From assembly GCA_965655095.1 (NCBI GenBank), contig OZ296648.1, forward strand, positions 25,482,001 through 25,546,000: a stretch of 64,000 bases of DNA, in the 5' to 3' direction. This DNA is from Haplodiscus bocki (lineage: Eukaryota). Within the stretch, counting starts at the first letter, position 1. Each line of letters opens with the position of its first letter. The translations under genes were made by a program, and so were the position numbers. Positions 1 through 13,989 of this stretch are shown here, piece by piece. The notes below the pieces were generated by a model. The model saw nothing but the letters and a program-made list of their open reading frames with translations, did not search any database and was not told the origin of the DNA.

Positions 1-2147
1 TTTGGCCAGGATGTGGGAAAGGTAGATTATTCCAACTTGGGTACGGGGCTTTCTGGTGACAGGGATAGTAGTGGGAAGAGCAGAACCGGGGAAGTTGAAG
101 TGATTAACAATTTCGGTTTTATTTCGGTGCAGCATACCGTCAAAGGGTTTTTCAGAAGCTGTCGGAATGGAGGAAGTGAGCGGAACAGGGTAAAGGAGAG
201 AATGCCGAATGCTAACCATTGGAAGTGGTCAGACAAGTTGCATTTGGATAATTTTTTCACTTCGCACTAATGCCCGGCCAAACGCCAAGCCAATCGCAAG
301 CTGTGTGAACTTTTTGATTTCTGTTTGAAAATGGAACTTCTTGAGACGTTTTGAGAATTTATTGGTAGTCCTTACAAAAACCTCCATTCACAAAAGCTCT
401 TCACATATTTATCTCCAAATTCACCTTAGGCAGCTATGTTTTCAATTTCTAGTCCCGGGTACTAACTGGACAAAGGTCATGATTTTCCCGAGCCTCTGAA
501 ACGAAGGGTATAAACAAATGTTGTAATTACTGACATTTTTCCAACTTGGGAACAAGTGTTAAGGTGACCGTAAGCGAAGTAGTGGGAATGGCGTGGGAAG
601 TTGAAGTGGTTAAGAGCTTTCAGTTCTCATTCGGGGTGGTATCCAGGCCAAGGCGTGGTTTTGCAAGCTGTGGGAACTTGGGGATTGAAAAAAAGTCTTT
701 AAAATAATTCCAACTTGGGTCCACGGGTTTGGGAAGATAGGCTTAGTAATGACAGTTTCTGGCAAAGTTAAATTTGGAATAGTTCTCGAGTCTAATCTGG
801 GGTAATTTTGGGCAAGGGCGGTGATATTTCCAAGCTCTGGGAACGAAACGAGTAAGAAAAATTTTGTAAACAGGATTCTTCCAACTTGGGTACTTGAGCT
901 AAGGAGGAAGTACCTGGCACTGGGAGTGACCGGAGAAGTTGATTTGGCGAATGTTTTCCTTTTCTTATTCCGGCTAGGGTTTGGGCTTCCCCAGATTGTG
1001 GAAATGTATGAAATGATTAAATTTTTGATAATATTGAATTTCCTCCAACTGTCCAACTGAGGACAGTGCTCATGTAAGTATCACCTCGCTGTGAGACTGG
1101 CATGCGAATTCAAAAGAGGGGATGCTTCCAGTTATAATCCGATGCACAATCCAGACGAGGACTTGGCCGCTTGCAAGTGGTGATGGTTTAATGAAACTTT
1201 TTTTGGGAATGATCGGTGTTCCCCCAAGCACCCCCTCACCGAGAGATCCGAGAAATGATTATACCAGAAGTTTACTGGAGTCGTATGCGGTTTGTGTGGC
1301 TATGTTTTACTTCTAGAAATTTCTTTTCGCCTAGTGCCTGGCATACTCGATGCCTATGTTTTGTGACTTCACATTGATTAAGCTTTGAAAGAACGCTTTC
1401 TTTTGAAGCTTAATCAATCAGGAAAAGCCGAACCTCGCGAAGTTTTTTAGAACAATGTGGTAGGAATTCCCTCATAAGAGTTTTTGGTCAGCTCATATAA
1501 AGAAGACCGATTATTGATGTGAATCTTCGCCCTGTTTTTCCGATCCATGCGAGCTGATTCGATTAGTTTTTTGGTAGTCATCGTTGATAATTGGCTGGCT
1601 TGCTTCTCGTAAAGTCAGTAAGTAACACGTTCCAAGTATGAACAACCCGTGAACGGCTGAACATGGTGCTGCCCGTAAGACTCAGAATGTACATGGGGTC
1701 CCTGTTTTCAAAATTTTTTTTCTCGATCTGATGGTGACAAAGTTTTCGTAGAGGGACTCTATAGTACATTTATGCGCTATTTAAGAAAAGTTTTGGATTA
1801 TGTCTTTTCATGGGTTTTTGGTTTATGTAAGGAGGGTATCGCATGAAAATTTTTCGGACCGAAAGTCCAATTTCGAATTTACTAAGGGAAGGAGTTTTGC
1901 CCGTGTTCGTGGTCTTTTAGTCCTTGAACTGGTTGAAAGTTAGAGAAAAACAAAACCCGATGTAATAGTTGGACTCCTTTCTTTGAGTGGCGCAGACTAA
2001 AAATAAAACGTAATGAGCATTTTTTCGCTTATATGCTTCCTCTTTTTGCAATACTAGTTTTTTTGAAAAGCAACAACTAACAGTTTCCGAATGATAATCT
2101 TCGGCACTGTGAGACCACTATGAGAACGAAATTTAGGGCACTGTGAG

Positions 2148-2838
2148 CTGGGTTGATATGTTTAAAACAAGACATTTTAAACACATCGATAGAAAACATG
2201 TTTTAAACAATTTTTAAAAAACACGTGTTTTTTAAACAACAGTGTATAGAGAATTCACTGCCTTGCCAGCCTTGAAATACGCTTCTCGTGCGAATGATTG
2301 CTATGTAAATAAAACCCTCGGACAACAGCTGTGTGCTGTTTGTGTTCCCCTAGTTAATGAATGTCCATTGTTTGAATTGCTGGCAAATTGTGGCAGTTAT
2401 TTATGGACTGTCTTGCTTTAAGATTGTGCTTGCGGGGAAGCCCCTTACTTCCGAATATCTTCTTGAATTGGTAAATGCTGAGATAAAGAATTGTAAAGAC
2501 GAGTGGGATAGTCTCATATGAGGGAACTGTTAAAGAAAGAATCTGGCATCCCAATTATGCACGTTATGGATGTCAAGCCCATATAATGAATCTGGTTGCT
2601 TAAGATTTTATTTCCTCGCGTGAAATAAAGGGCATTTTATTAAAGGTCAAAGAATAGTTGCAGAAGCTGGAAAACTGGCATTTTTGCACCAGCAACTACA
2701 CCAGTAATTTTGTAATTAAACATGGTCGAATCCATCTTGTTTTGACTTAGAAAATAAAAAACAATAAAAACATGTTTTTTTCAATTAAAACATGTTTTTT
2801 GTTTAATTCCGTTAAAAGTATTCAAAACACCAACCCTG
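2148..2838. mobile_element. hAT-type MITE in NOC3L intron
   Basis: Perfect 8-bp target-site duplication ACTGTGAG (2140-2147 and 2839-2846); terminal inverted repeats CTGGGTTG...CAACCCTG (one mismatch); subterminal AAAACA/TGTTTT repeats; no ORF. An 8-bp TSD with CAGGG-type TIR is typical of hAT. Confidence 0.75.
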
Positions 2839-3065
2839 ACTGTGAGACAAGAAAAGAATTAGCGAAAACTATTGAATCCTTTTGGGCATACTGATAAATA
2901 TCCGAAAAAGAATAGTTTCCAGATGATCTCCTGGACGACTACTTCGAAACTCGAGCTACTTGAGCACTTGGCTTGTTAATATCGAAGTCGTATATGGTGA
3001 ACATGTTATCTTACTATGTAGGTATTTACGCCCGCGGTTTGCCTAAACGTTAATTTTGTTCTCAG

Positions 3066-3245
3066 GGTTTTGAAACGATCACCTAATAGTGCAATATTGG
3101 AAGTTGTGTTGGAAGGCGTGGCCAAATTGGGACACCTGATTGGGGTGGAGTTTTACGACGACCTGATGACTCTTATGAAGGGTATTCTTCAGAGAGACGA
3201 CCTCACTCACAAACAACGACTCCATTGTATTTTGTCTGTTTTCAG
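3066..3245 (+). CDS. NOC3L: Nucleolar complex protein 3 homolog, internal exon (upstream exons outside the window or not found)
   Basis: AG at 3064-65, GT at 3246. Translates (R)VLKRSPNSAILEVVLEGVAKLGHLIGVEFYDDLMTLMKGIL...HCILSVF, matching the NOC3 motif [20 protein letters not shown]. Absent from the ORF track. Confidence 0.92.
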
Positions 3246-5237
3246 GTGATGAAATGCGATGTAGTTTAACACAAAGCACTTTGGGCTAGTAGCTTAGGTT
3301 TTCACGAGTTGTTTTCCGAAATTGGTTTATTTTTTTAAGCAACTGTATTCACATTGCTCCGAATTTTTCAAATCCTGATTATTTTCCGTCGTAAAATATT
3401 ATGAAAAGAACATTATTCTTAAAGCATATATACTTTTTGTCCGGTGATTTGCCAATTCTAGATGCGTCAACTGAGAAAAAATGTTCGGCTGAACACGTAG
3501 AATGCAGTTTTGACAGAACCAGCCGAAGATTTTTCGCCCATTTTTTTCTCCGCTCCTTTGCCAATTCTGTATTAGTTTTCTCGCTCAATTAATTCCTCGC
3601 TTCACTTTTCTTTGTATTCAACCTTCTTATTTCTGAAAATCGAAAAACAAGGTTTTTTCAACAAAATTCAAGAATTTTTGAGAAATTGATTTTTTTCTTG
3701 AAAACTCAGTTTTTTCTTAGCTATTCAAAGCAATTTTTTCTTCTCCAAAACTTCTGAACGTTTTTCGATTTTTCAAAAATGTCAAAATTTTTTTAAATCA
3801 TTTCTAAAAGAGTTGATTACATACAATATTAATTGATTTTTTTTTCTGCTTTTTGGTATCAGTTTTTTGGTATTCTGGTTCCTCATGAAGCAAAAATAAC
3901 AAAGTAACTTCGAAAATATTTTTGCTGCAACACCTCGTTCTGTGATCACTGCATGCCAAAAACCAGGAAGTTCTGATTTTGCTGGATCTTGAAAGTCACT
4001 TTTCTCCGTAACTACATGGTTGAATTTCATCAAGATCTCAATCGACAGTTTTGACTTGAAGACTTTTTTGAACAGATTAATTGTTTTTTTCGTGTCCTTC
4101 CTTTTTCTTCGTGACTGACGGGCCGAAATTGACAAAAATGCTACTATTAAATAATAGTATAATCTCAGTTTTGAAACGCACAATTCTCCAATACCAACAG
4201 CTTGACTTTGCTTGAACAGTTCAATAGACAGCTCTCTACTTAGGAAGACTTGAATAATAATTTCACTGATTTTGTTCTTTCCGTCGGAATTCTGATAGTG
4301 CAAAATTGCTATCAAATTGCACATTTGGATATTCAATTTAGACTACCCGTTTCACGCCTCCTAGAAAGGTCTCAATCAACAGTTTTTTTAGAGGAGCCTT
4401 TTTGAGAAAAAAACCATCGTTTTTTCTTTCGTATCCGATTCATCACCGGCCGAAAATAAAAAAATATTAATGATTACATCTCGGTTTTCAGACTCATATC
4501 TCTTCAACTACAAGTTTGGAATATGCCATTAGGGACTCAATAGGCGGCTCTGTGCTTGATTAGGGTAATTCAATTTTTAAAAAATCATGGATTTTGTTCC
4601 TGGCGTCGCAACCCTGATAGTCCCAAAAAACCAGAAACGATAATAATTATGGTATACCCCGATTTTCAGAATCATATTTCTCTATCGCTATTGGTTTGTT
4701 CTCCTCCAACAATGTATTATGTGACATCTTCCTATCTGTAGAAGGGTCTTCGGATTGAATGTCCTTGGTTTTTGCAAAAGCATCAATTTTTATGATCGGC
4801 CGAAATGTGCTATTGTCATTGTTCTTTTGTCGATATTCAAACTCATCTTTTTGTAAGGCTCTGAGCTTAATTTTTTTCGACCGAATGTCAAGCGACAACT
4901 TTCTCTCAAGTCAAAATTATCATCCGAAATCATTTGTTACATTTTCAGCCAATCATTTTTACACGCTTTGAGGGAAAATATCGCAGTACAACTGTGCCTC
5001 TATTGATTGTTTGCGTGGGTGTTATCTAACTTGTCAAAACTTGGCTGTGCGAACAAGATTTTTTAAAAGTAAAGGAATCCAGGATTTATCCAGGGAAACC
5101 ACGGAAATACAAGATTATTTCGAATTTGGCACCTGGCAAGGATTTTTCATAGTGGGTAGGAACTCGAATAGAAAGTTAATGGGATCAAAGACTTCTATCC
5201 TCTGTATGTCATTTACCACTGCGTTTCATCGTTTCAG

Positions 5238-5492
5238 GTTAATCACAGGAGATATGCAACTTTTAAACGTGGATATGCAACAGTTCAATTCTTACCTGTA
5301 CGAATCACTATTAGCACTTGATGAAGTGCGTTCAGAAGATTTCCACTTTGCTCTCGACACTTTGGACGAGATTCTGTCGCGTTCTAAGAAAACTATGATC
5401 CCTTCCAGATTGTTGGCATTGTGCAAAAGACTTTTCACTCTTCTGTTGTCCGTGGACAGCGAAAGTGCTCTCAGAATGTTTCCTACCATCAG
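5238..5492 (+). CDS. NOC3L: NOC3L penultimate exon (CBF/Mak21 domain)
   Basis: TTTCAG acceptor at 5237, donor at 5493; phase 2 at both ends fits the neighbouring exons. LITGDMQLLNVDMQQFNSYLY...RLLALCKRLFTL resembles NOC3 LNIDPLKFYTHLY...LAFIKRLCTL. Confidence 0.9.
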
Positions 5493-5906
5493 GTTCGTAG
5501 TCTTGCTAAAAGAAATTAATAAAACCGAAGGAATATAATTTATTTATTGCCGGCAAGAGAGACTTCCTAGCCAAATTAGTTTTGGAAGTTTCTGCTTCTT
5601 TTGGTTTTCACTTCTAAACGCTTTATTTATCTTTTCTCGTTGAAAAAGTTACGAGTTATGAGTGAAATTAACTGTTGAATTGGAAATGATGTTATGCATT
5701 GGTAGTATTTTTTATTTTGGAGAATAATTCTGCATGTTTATAGAGCTGAGTAAATTTAGTTTCAAAGCTTCAAAGTTGATGCTATAGGCTTCCGAAATCC
5801 AGAAGTGTGTATGACCTCATATTTTTTGTTGCTGGCTCTGAGTTGGATTGCATAATTTTATCATTTCAAGCCTGTAATCACCTGAAATTTTCATTATTTT
5901 TTGCAG

Positions 5907-6264
5907 TAAGACCATCACGAACCAATCAGACCAGCTGCTCAGCGAGGAAACTGTGGGTAGTGGAGCTTATAATCCCTACGTGAATGACCCAGATTTTGCA
6001 AATGCCCAGAACACTGCTGTATGGGAACTATCTCTACTATCCAATCATTACTGTGCCCCTGTAAAGAGCTCAGCTCACATCATTTCTCAATTGAAACACA
6101 TCCCGAAGGCTCCAGACATTCAAGACCTGTCGGAGTACATGTACCATGAAGAGTTAAAATACGATAAATTAGAACGAGGCGAATTAACCAGGAATAAAAG
6201 AGTTAAGGGAACTTTACGTTATCCTGAAAAGCTCCTGAAACTTGATGACTTGAATGAAAAATAG
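5907..6264 (+). CDS. NOC3L: NOC3L terminal exon
   Basis: TTGCAG acceptor at 5906; GSGAYNPYVNDPDFANAQNTAVWELSLLSNHY matches NOC3 [25 protein letters not shown]...HY; stop TAG ends at 6264. Confidence 0.93.
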
Positions 6265-8649
6265 GAAAGTGTTTATTTGGTTTCTTGCTTCAACAAGTGG
6301 AAGGGGTTTTTCATGCTTATCAAAACACGAAAAAATATATATATTCAGTGATCAAGCGAGGAGACTCCTGGCGTAAACAATTTTTTTTACGTCAAAAACA
6401 TTTTTGAAAAACTAACTGTAGGAAATTTCGCCCTCGGATATTTAGGTTCTCCCGCTGGAAGTATTAAACTCATTTAAGCGGCAGCAACCGATCAAGTCTA
6501 AACACATTCACAGAGGCAGATGAAGACCAAATGTCCCACGCAATAATTTGATTACCAAATGGGTATCAATAATCTGAATAACAACGGGATTAGCCGCGGC
6601 AGTCTGCTCAATTTTTGGTCTGCTCAGGCAGGGCCTCAATCTTTTTGACTATTCGGTTTAAATCACTGTCTTCCGTGTTCAAAAAATGAGATCGTTCACA
6701 AAGACATCAACTGAAGTCAGTTATGAATGGTCAATTCTGACTACGATGACAAAAGACGTTTCAGTTATAAATTTTGAGATGAACGATAACTGTAAAGATA
6801 CTAATGACAGATCAGAAGTTTGAAGGTCGAGTCACAGCTCACCTTATTGTAGTTTTTTCGTCTCTGATGTACTATTCTGGATATTTTCAGCGGTAAACGT
6901 CCCAAAACAAAAAAAACTTTGCACTATCACGATTGGAAACCTTTTTGTGTCTATCTCGGCGCAACTCTGAGTTCGCCACGCTCGGTCTCTGTTTTTTCTC
7001 GCTCCCGTTTTTTGTTCTATGAGTCAGTGCGATTTGTCATTTGCACGTTCCCCTGAGCAGTACGGTCTCTTGCTTAATCTCTTTGTGATTAATTGCAATA
7101 CAAATTTTCACACCTTTTTTAAAGCCGTTGTCGTCGTCCATTGTTCCCGTCATCTTAGCATTGCTTGCGCTCGCAGCTGAAGAGACACTTTTCTAACTTG
7201 GTTGATTGATCAACCGGTAATTAAATATTCCTTGTGTTCAGTAAGAACGCGCAAGTTCTCATCAAAAATGCAAATGCTACTTCGAGTGGAACGCGTTGTT
7301 CCCTCTGGGTTTGAGTCAACCCTTACGACTCATAACTTAATCATGTACAATTGGATGGTCAGCGTAAAACTTGTCCTGATACGCGGCCGCTATGAGGTTG
7401 ACTGAAAGCATGAAAGATAACAAAATACATTCTCTCAAAAATAGGTCGGTCGAAATCGGGCAGGCCACGCCAGCCTGTTGACTGAACAACCACAAAGCCA
7501 ACGTTAGTCGATAGGCCGGACCAAGGGGGGTCTTGCAACATCGCGACTGACCTCCTAGCGAATGGTCTTCATGATGAAAAGTTGGTTTGAATCTGTGTGC
7601 GAGTTGTTTTATGGGCCTAAACGGCCTAAAACTACCAATGTAAGACAGTCGAGTGAGCATGGTGGAGGGTCTCAGTTTGCAAACTTTTCTATCGGATAGC
7701 TTCATATACCTCCCTTTGTTTTCTTCTGCGTTCATCCGTTCCTTCTGGGCGGGGGGTTGATGAGGTAAAAGATTGGACTTTAGGCTGAAAGTTGCCTTTT
7801 TACCGATTTCCAGAACTTTAGAAACCAATATTTTAGATTTGAAAAATTGTATCAAATCTGTCGTCAACAGTGTTATGAAAGATTTTCTCAAGAGCAAGCA
7901 TGCCTAGTTTGAACGAAATGGGGCCCGTTTTGAGCAAAGGGGAAAAGGTTTTCGCCTGGTCGACGTTTCCCTTAAATCCTTTTTTTGCCCCCCCCCCCAT
8001 CCCCCTCGTGCAGAGGGTCTAGGGTGGCCCGAGTTGAACCTATAAAAAAGGCCGTTTCTCCCTAGTTCACAAAGTTTTTGTCCTTTTGCTGCTATCTTTC
8101 TAATTTCTCGCGAAGTTAAAGTTTTTTTCAGCTGACAATGGATCTTTTGGATCGTTTTCGCTGCATTACATTGTGTCCTTTGCGCTGGCGGCAGCAGCGT
8201 TTAGGAGTCCTCTAGCCAGTCGCGTGCCGTTGCTGCACAGTTGGTTTTTTTACCTGCGCTCGCGCTGTGTTCTTGTTTCCGTCGTGAGGCGGTCCGCTCG
8301 GTTAATTCTTTTTTTTTGCGGACGCATGCGCTGGAGAAGATGAATTTTTCTATATTCCTCCTTACCGGAGAGAATTTTCCCCAGAATAGTCTACCAACAT
8401 CAAATGTTGGTTGTGAGTTGCGATGTTGGGTAAGATGGTCGAACAAAAATGCAGTAATAAATATAACACTGCCTGAGTACATCAGAAAGTTTCAGAACCA
8501 ACAAAAGCAGCCTGTTTTATTAGGTTTTCTTGGGAAAGAAAGTGTGAGGTATATAGGGTTTATAGTGACCCCCAGTGAGAAACAACTGTTAAAACTTGTC
8601 TTTTGCTTTTTGGGAAAGTTAAAAAAAGTATGAAAAAAATTTGGTCCAG

Positions 8650-10154
8650 AGATCAACTGGTTGCGGAAATTCTCCCCAGTGCAGATACAACAAAAAGAAG
8701 ACGCACACGAAGTTCCCACTCTGCCTGGTCGTCACTATTAGTCCGATCTTCATACGCGGGCAGCTACTGCGTGGCGTCGTGCACGATTCCGCCAGCCCAC
8801 TCCGTCTGTGCTGGGTCATAGGCGCCGTTCTCAAGGCGAATGATACTTCCTATGGAGCTGGTGAGTGAATAATGGGGTATGTTATCAACGGAATACAAAT
8901 TGTCATCACTGGCAGGGTTAACGGGTTGTGTGTCGAACGTGGCAGAAGTGAAGTAGAACCTCAGTCAGTCAGGCGAACGAAAGCCCACCTCATTGAGGAT
9001 CACCATGAAATCCTTCAGTGAGTCGTCCAGAAGATCGTACATAAGAGGAATTCGGCTTGTTTGTTAGTATGTGGACTTCATTGTTTATGTCCGTCTTCGG
9101 GACTGAACTCATGTATTTGGTGCCACGCTCACCAAATTCTGGCTATCGCGGGCGACAGGTTACAGGGTTGAACAGAAGGAATCATATTCTCGTAGGGCGC
9201 AGTCTTGTGAATTCTGGAACTCCATTCCATTGTTGAAAATGGTAAAAGTTGTTTTGAATTTTACTCTTGCTACGAAACCGATCTTTTTGTCTGTGTAGCT
9301 GTTACAGTGTTCAAAGAGAAAAACGAGTGGCTTTTCATAATACCTGTTGGGATTTCTCAGTCTGCGGCGGGTGTTCTGAGCGGCTCCTTGAAAATTCATG
9401 CGCACTGCAATTGTTCTCATGCTCATTTGAGGTTTAGAAACCGTTGCACTCTCTAGTCGGGACGTCACTAACGGTAAGTTGGACGACGCGTTTTTAGTTT
9501 CCTGGGCGGCTTTGGATTAATGATGGCTTCTAGCCAAAAAAAAACAGAGATACGCCGTAAAAAATTCCCTTCACAGACAATCTTTAGTCGTAGGATACTT
9601 TTTAAAAGCAGAAAATGGTTCGGTCAGGGCAGCAAAACCTCTCGAAAGGGGCGTATGAAAGGCATTGAATGATACTGCTTGAATGGTCGAATAAGCTTTT
9701 GACATATTTCATGTATTCTTGAGAAGGAGATGAGCAGAAAAACATTTTGAAGACATACTGCAGCCAGGACAGTTAAGGCAAGCTAACAGCTACCATAAAA
9801 TAGCCAACTCGAGTGCAGTTCCGTTCCGTTGATCTTGGCAGGTCACGTTCCGCCCGCGGTCTATCCTGCATGTTTTTCCTTGTGATCTGGCCTCTTTTAG
9901 GGGCCGCGAAGTAAAAATGGTGAGTTTTGGAAACAGCTACGTCCTGGAACGTTAGAAAGAGAATGGGTACCGAGGGGTGTGATGGATTGATGAAGTATGG
10001 TTTTCAGTTGTCCATCCTGATTCTGCGGATCAGGCGTATGATTGTTGAATGAATCATCGTTGCCGGTGCTCGACTGACATCCAGGATAATACATGACATT
10101 TTGAAGACAAGACAATAACCACAGGATAAGTGTGTTCAGTTCTTTCAGCCTCAT
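8650..10154 (-). pseudogene. Degenerate extra ORF(s) 3' of the Gypsy integrase, function unknown
   Basis: Hydrophobic N-terminus at 10154 (MRLKELNTLILWLLSCLQ); long protein-like frame at about 9070-8650 with only isolated stops (RIPLMYDLLDDSLKDFMVILNEVGFRSPD*LRFYFTSATFDTQP...); same strand as pol. Confidence 0.45.
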
Positions 10155-10199
10155 ACAAGCGTCAGCTTTAATGATACGGTTCAGGCATCATTCGTATTC

Positions 10200-13100
10200 A
10201 TCCCGCCCATAATGCTCGCGAGAGAAGAGCTTGGGCGGCTCACTGTTCACCGGTTAATAGGAGCTTCACCTGGAGCAATTTGTTTCAGGGGAGCCTTTTC
10301 GTGCTTTTGTGGGGTCGAAAGTGGTTACTGAGAGTGATTGATCGGCAGGCGTCTGTTCTGAGAACGACGTTCCCTTACAATCAGCCTCGTCACCCTGCCT
10401 GGATCGAGCTACACGAACGTTTCGTTCTGAGGTAGGCTCGCGGTTGGTGGTGTTCCCGTCTGTAAAAGGGATGGCGACACTTCCTGGTCACCTTTCGGAA
10501 ATGGGGACTTTTACCCTGGGGTTGCCAATATTGTTGCATTCAGCCACGGTCTTGTCAGAAAAGTGGATGGCATTGACGTAGTTTCTGTGAGAATGGCGGA
10601 ACGTCCCTCGTCGGAGGAAACGTTGAGTGGCACCTCGGCCCTCACTGCGTCGACTGTCTTCAGGGGTGGTTGTGATGGAATCATGCTGTCATGTACGTTT
10701 TTGTGGGTGTGTTGTCGCTGCTACTGGAATCTCCAATTCAGCCATCTCATGGCACCAAGCTGCCTAGTCGAAGGTAGTTCGTCAACTTCCAGCCTTGGTG
10801 TAGTTAGCAGAGGGGCTTTTGGTTGTTCTGTTTTGAAGAGTTTCAGCTTGTTGTGGACGATGAACAACTTGGAAGGTTTTGATGCCTTCCAGACTTTGTA
10901 TATTGCTTTCTTGATTTACTCGCCTACCACGAAAGGCCCCTCCCACGGGAGGAAAGGTCTCTATGTTTAGCCTTAAGGGTCGATAAGAGCCATATTTGGG
11001 TGCCACGCTGGTAAGGTTTCCCCTGTACTTTCTTGTGGTACTTTTTTTTTCTGTGTGGTTGTGTGATCCGCAGCTTAAAGCGAGCATGGCCTTGTGCTTC
11101 TTGGAAAGTCTTGTAAAGCCACGTAGTGAAGTCGCTGGCTTCCGTGTATTCATTTTTGTTGGCTTTCGAGTAGAAAAAACTTCGGGTATCGTTAGCTTCT
11201 CGATTGACGAGGCTGAAATTTGTCGTGCGGGTAATCTTCAGCACTCTGGTGTTGTATACGAAAATCACATTAGGCAAGATCACATCCGAAATTCTCGGTT
11301 TTTCTACGCAGTATTCGGAGATCTTGTCAGCTTTTACCTGGTGGGATCTCTCTTTTCCGATCCCCCTGTGGATGGTACGCAATTGGGTTGGCTCTCTGAA
11401 AATTGAACCCTGATCTGTGTGCAGGACTCCGAAACGCATGACTCAGTGGTCGACCAGGTCTGTCGTTACTTCTCATGCATTCATTTCGTTGAGACGCACC
11501 ACAACGACGAATTTCGTGAAAAGATCCGTCATGGCTAGGACATATTCGCTCTTGGTCTTCACTTTTGCTTCTGGGCTAAAAATGTCCACTGCAACTGTGT
11601 TAAATAACTTTCTAAATTGTATTGGAATCATTCAAGTCACACATTGTGTCCCTTCTGCCCGTCGGGCAGCGCATGGAATGCACAGTTTTCGTTTCGTTTC
11701 GGTATGTTGGCGCATTTTTGTCTACCAGAAGCGTTCGCGGACTCGGTTCAACTTTTTTTCTTCAAAAAGTCCCAGGCTGATCGGTGAGGCATCGAGTTGA
11801 TCAAGGAATTCCTTGTGGTGCGATGACTGCACGGATAGTTGAAAAACCTCAGAGTTTTCGGCATTGGGTTGCCATCATCTGTACACGACTCTTCTCGGTT
11901 ATGTTAGTTGTGCCCAGTGATTCTACGGAACGAATACTCCATCTCGAAATGACACTGCGTCTTTTTTCAGTGGCGGCTCTCATGGAGAGCAAGTCAGGTT
12001 TCCCTTTTTCCACTTGTCTCATTTCCGTTAGCATGCGATTATGCGGACCTTCCCTTTCAGCTTTCCTGGCATTACATTGCGCTCGCGCCCATTTTATTCC
12101 ACCGGCTCCATTTCCAGCTGGGCCCATGTCCTCTTGGTCACTTAGTTCTTTTGGTGTCATCTACTTGTTTATCTTGGGTGTTTCCGCGCGCCCCTTGCCT
12201 TTTTCATTCTCCAGGGGGGTCCTTGTGTTCGGTAGTGCACCCAAACGTAGATCTGGTTTCTTCCGAAGAGATCAGACACAGTTGGCCGTACTTTCCAACA
12301 GTCAGGATTACCGCTACCGAGGCGCTGAATGCTGTTTTCGTGGACACCAGAGTTCGTTTTGTCCCGTGCAAATGTTAAAAATCCCGTGTAAAATCAATTA
12401 ATCTCACCATCATATTTGTCAGGTATTCTGATGACGTCCTCGGGCACCGGTTGACGCTTCATTAAAGCCTAGAGTTCACAATCTCTCAATTCATCCCTGA
12501 TTCTTCGCCTTTGGTCAGCCCGTCTGCGTTTCCATGCTTGTTTGCGGGATGGTGAACGAAGGTCTAATTGTTTTCTGCCTCCTTCTGCACCGTTCGGAAT
12601 GTCAATTCGTCCCTGTTCTGCCGGAACATCCAAAGCAAGCTTGAGTGATCGGTCCTGATAACAATCTTCAGTCCCAAGATGCAGGGTGTGAACGAACTGT
12701 GTACTTGCACGCCAACTGATGCTTCGCCGGTGGTGGTTTAGAGCATCGTTATGGTCTTGGATAGTACTCGGCTCCTGAAAGCAAGCCGCTTCTTTTCACC
12801 GTCAATTGTATCGGAAAGAACAGCTACCAGGCTGTTGTTCCTTGCGTAAATGATGCGTTGGGCCAAGTCAAGAAGCTGAGAACTGGTCCTCGGACCAAAT
12901 GGTTGGGCAATCGGTTAAAGGGTTCGAAATTTTCCAGTCTCTTCTTGAAATTGGCACCTTTTTTCGTCAATTCATGCGTTGGTTTTACAATTTCGGCAAA
13001 CCCTGTGATGTGTTTTCAGCAGTTGCTGCAAAACCCAGTGAACTATCTTACCCCTGTTTTTGTGGATGGGTTTGGCCAGGGTTGTGGGCCCCCAATTCCC

Positions 13101-13700
13101 CTGGATTCGGCCGAGAACCTTGTTTGTCTACGATGTAGCCCAATTAGGTGACTTCTCGCTGTAAAAGACGATACTTCTGGTGTGAGTTTTAGGTTGGCTT
13201 CCCTGAGACGCACCAAGGTGCACCGCAGGCGGCTCATGTGTTCCTCCACGGATTTGCTGTAGGTTCAGACGTCGTCCAGAGAAACGATGAGACTCTTGTA
13301 AAGAACATCGTTGCAGAGGTCGTTCAAAGCTTTCGGAAGATAGCTGGTGCGTTACAGAGGCCGAATGGCATGCTAGTGTTTTCGCACAAGCCACTATCTG
13401 CTGTCGCACAAATGTTTTTGGAATGTCTTTGAGTCTGCAGGCAGCTGTGAGTAGCCAGAAGCTTGATTCAGGGTCAAGATTTAGCTTGTCTGAGCGGGAG
13501 TGAGGAGAGTCTGCTCTCTTCGTGGGATCGGATTTGTGCTCGTAGTTACAGAGTGAGCTCATCAGATAGGGTGGCGGAAGACCCCCATTTTCTAAGATGC
13601 GCAACAGCGGAGCCCGGCAGCCGAATGGAGCCTAAAACGGTGTTTGGAGTGGATGACCGTTGTCGGCTTTAATGTTCCTATGTGACGTCAATGTATTAAA
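10200..13700 (-). mobile_element. Decayed Ty3/Gypsy pol (RT-RNaseH-integrase) with many stops and frameshifts
   Basis: Minus strand: MPFGLCNAPAIFRK (about 13371-13330); SLDDV, a degenerate YLDD (about 13280-13265); EEHMSRLRCTLVRLREANLKL; RNaseH IVIRTDHSSLLWMF and KHGNADGLTK; integrase RFGVLHTDQGSIF and VIFVYNT...FSLV. Domain order RT-RH-IN. No LTR pair found, so boundaries are approximate. Confidence 0.88.
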
Positions 13701-13989
13701 ACAGGGTCTGGGTAAAGTGATCGGTTTTCCGCACTGTTTTTTGCGCAGATTTCCGAATGGCAGCCGACAGTTTTTCCCAGAAGCCAACGACAATGTTGTA
13801 AGATAGTTAATGGAGTTCGGGAAAGTAGTTAGTCGATGCGATAGGCTTCTGGAATGAAGAAAGATACAGAATGGGTTTAACGGCTCATTTTGACACTGTA
13901 ATTATTACGGCCCCGGAATTTAATATTACGCCTGCAAGTAATTATAACCGCTACGGATAGTTTCTTACTCCTCTGATTATTCTTTTACG

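Noticed and set aside
3782-4336. 184-aa minus-strand ORF (and 25331-25900 +)
   Set aside because: Lies in old diverged tandem-array repeats; non-ATG start and no motifs.
7900-8350. LTR of the Gypsy element (TATAAAA at 8041, GC-rich flank)
   Set aside because: No second copy in the window and no TG...CA boundaries could be fixed.
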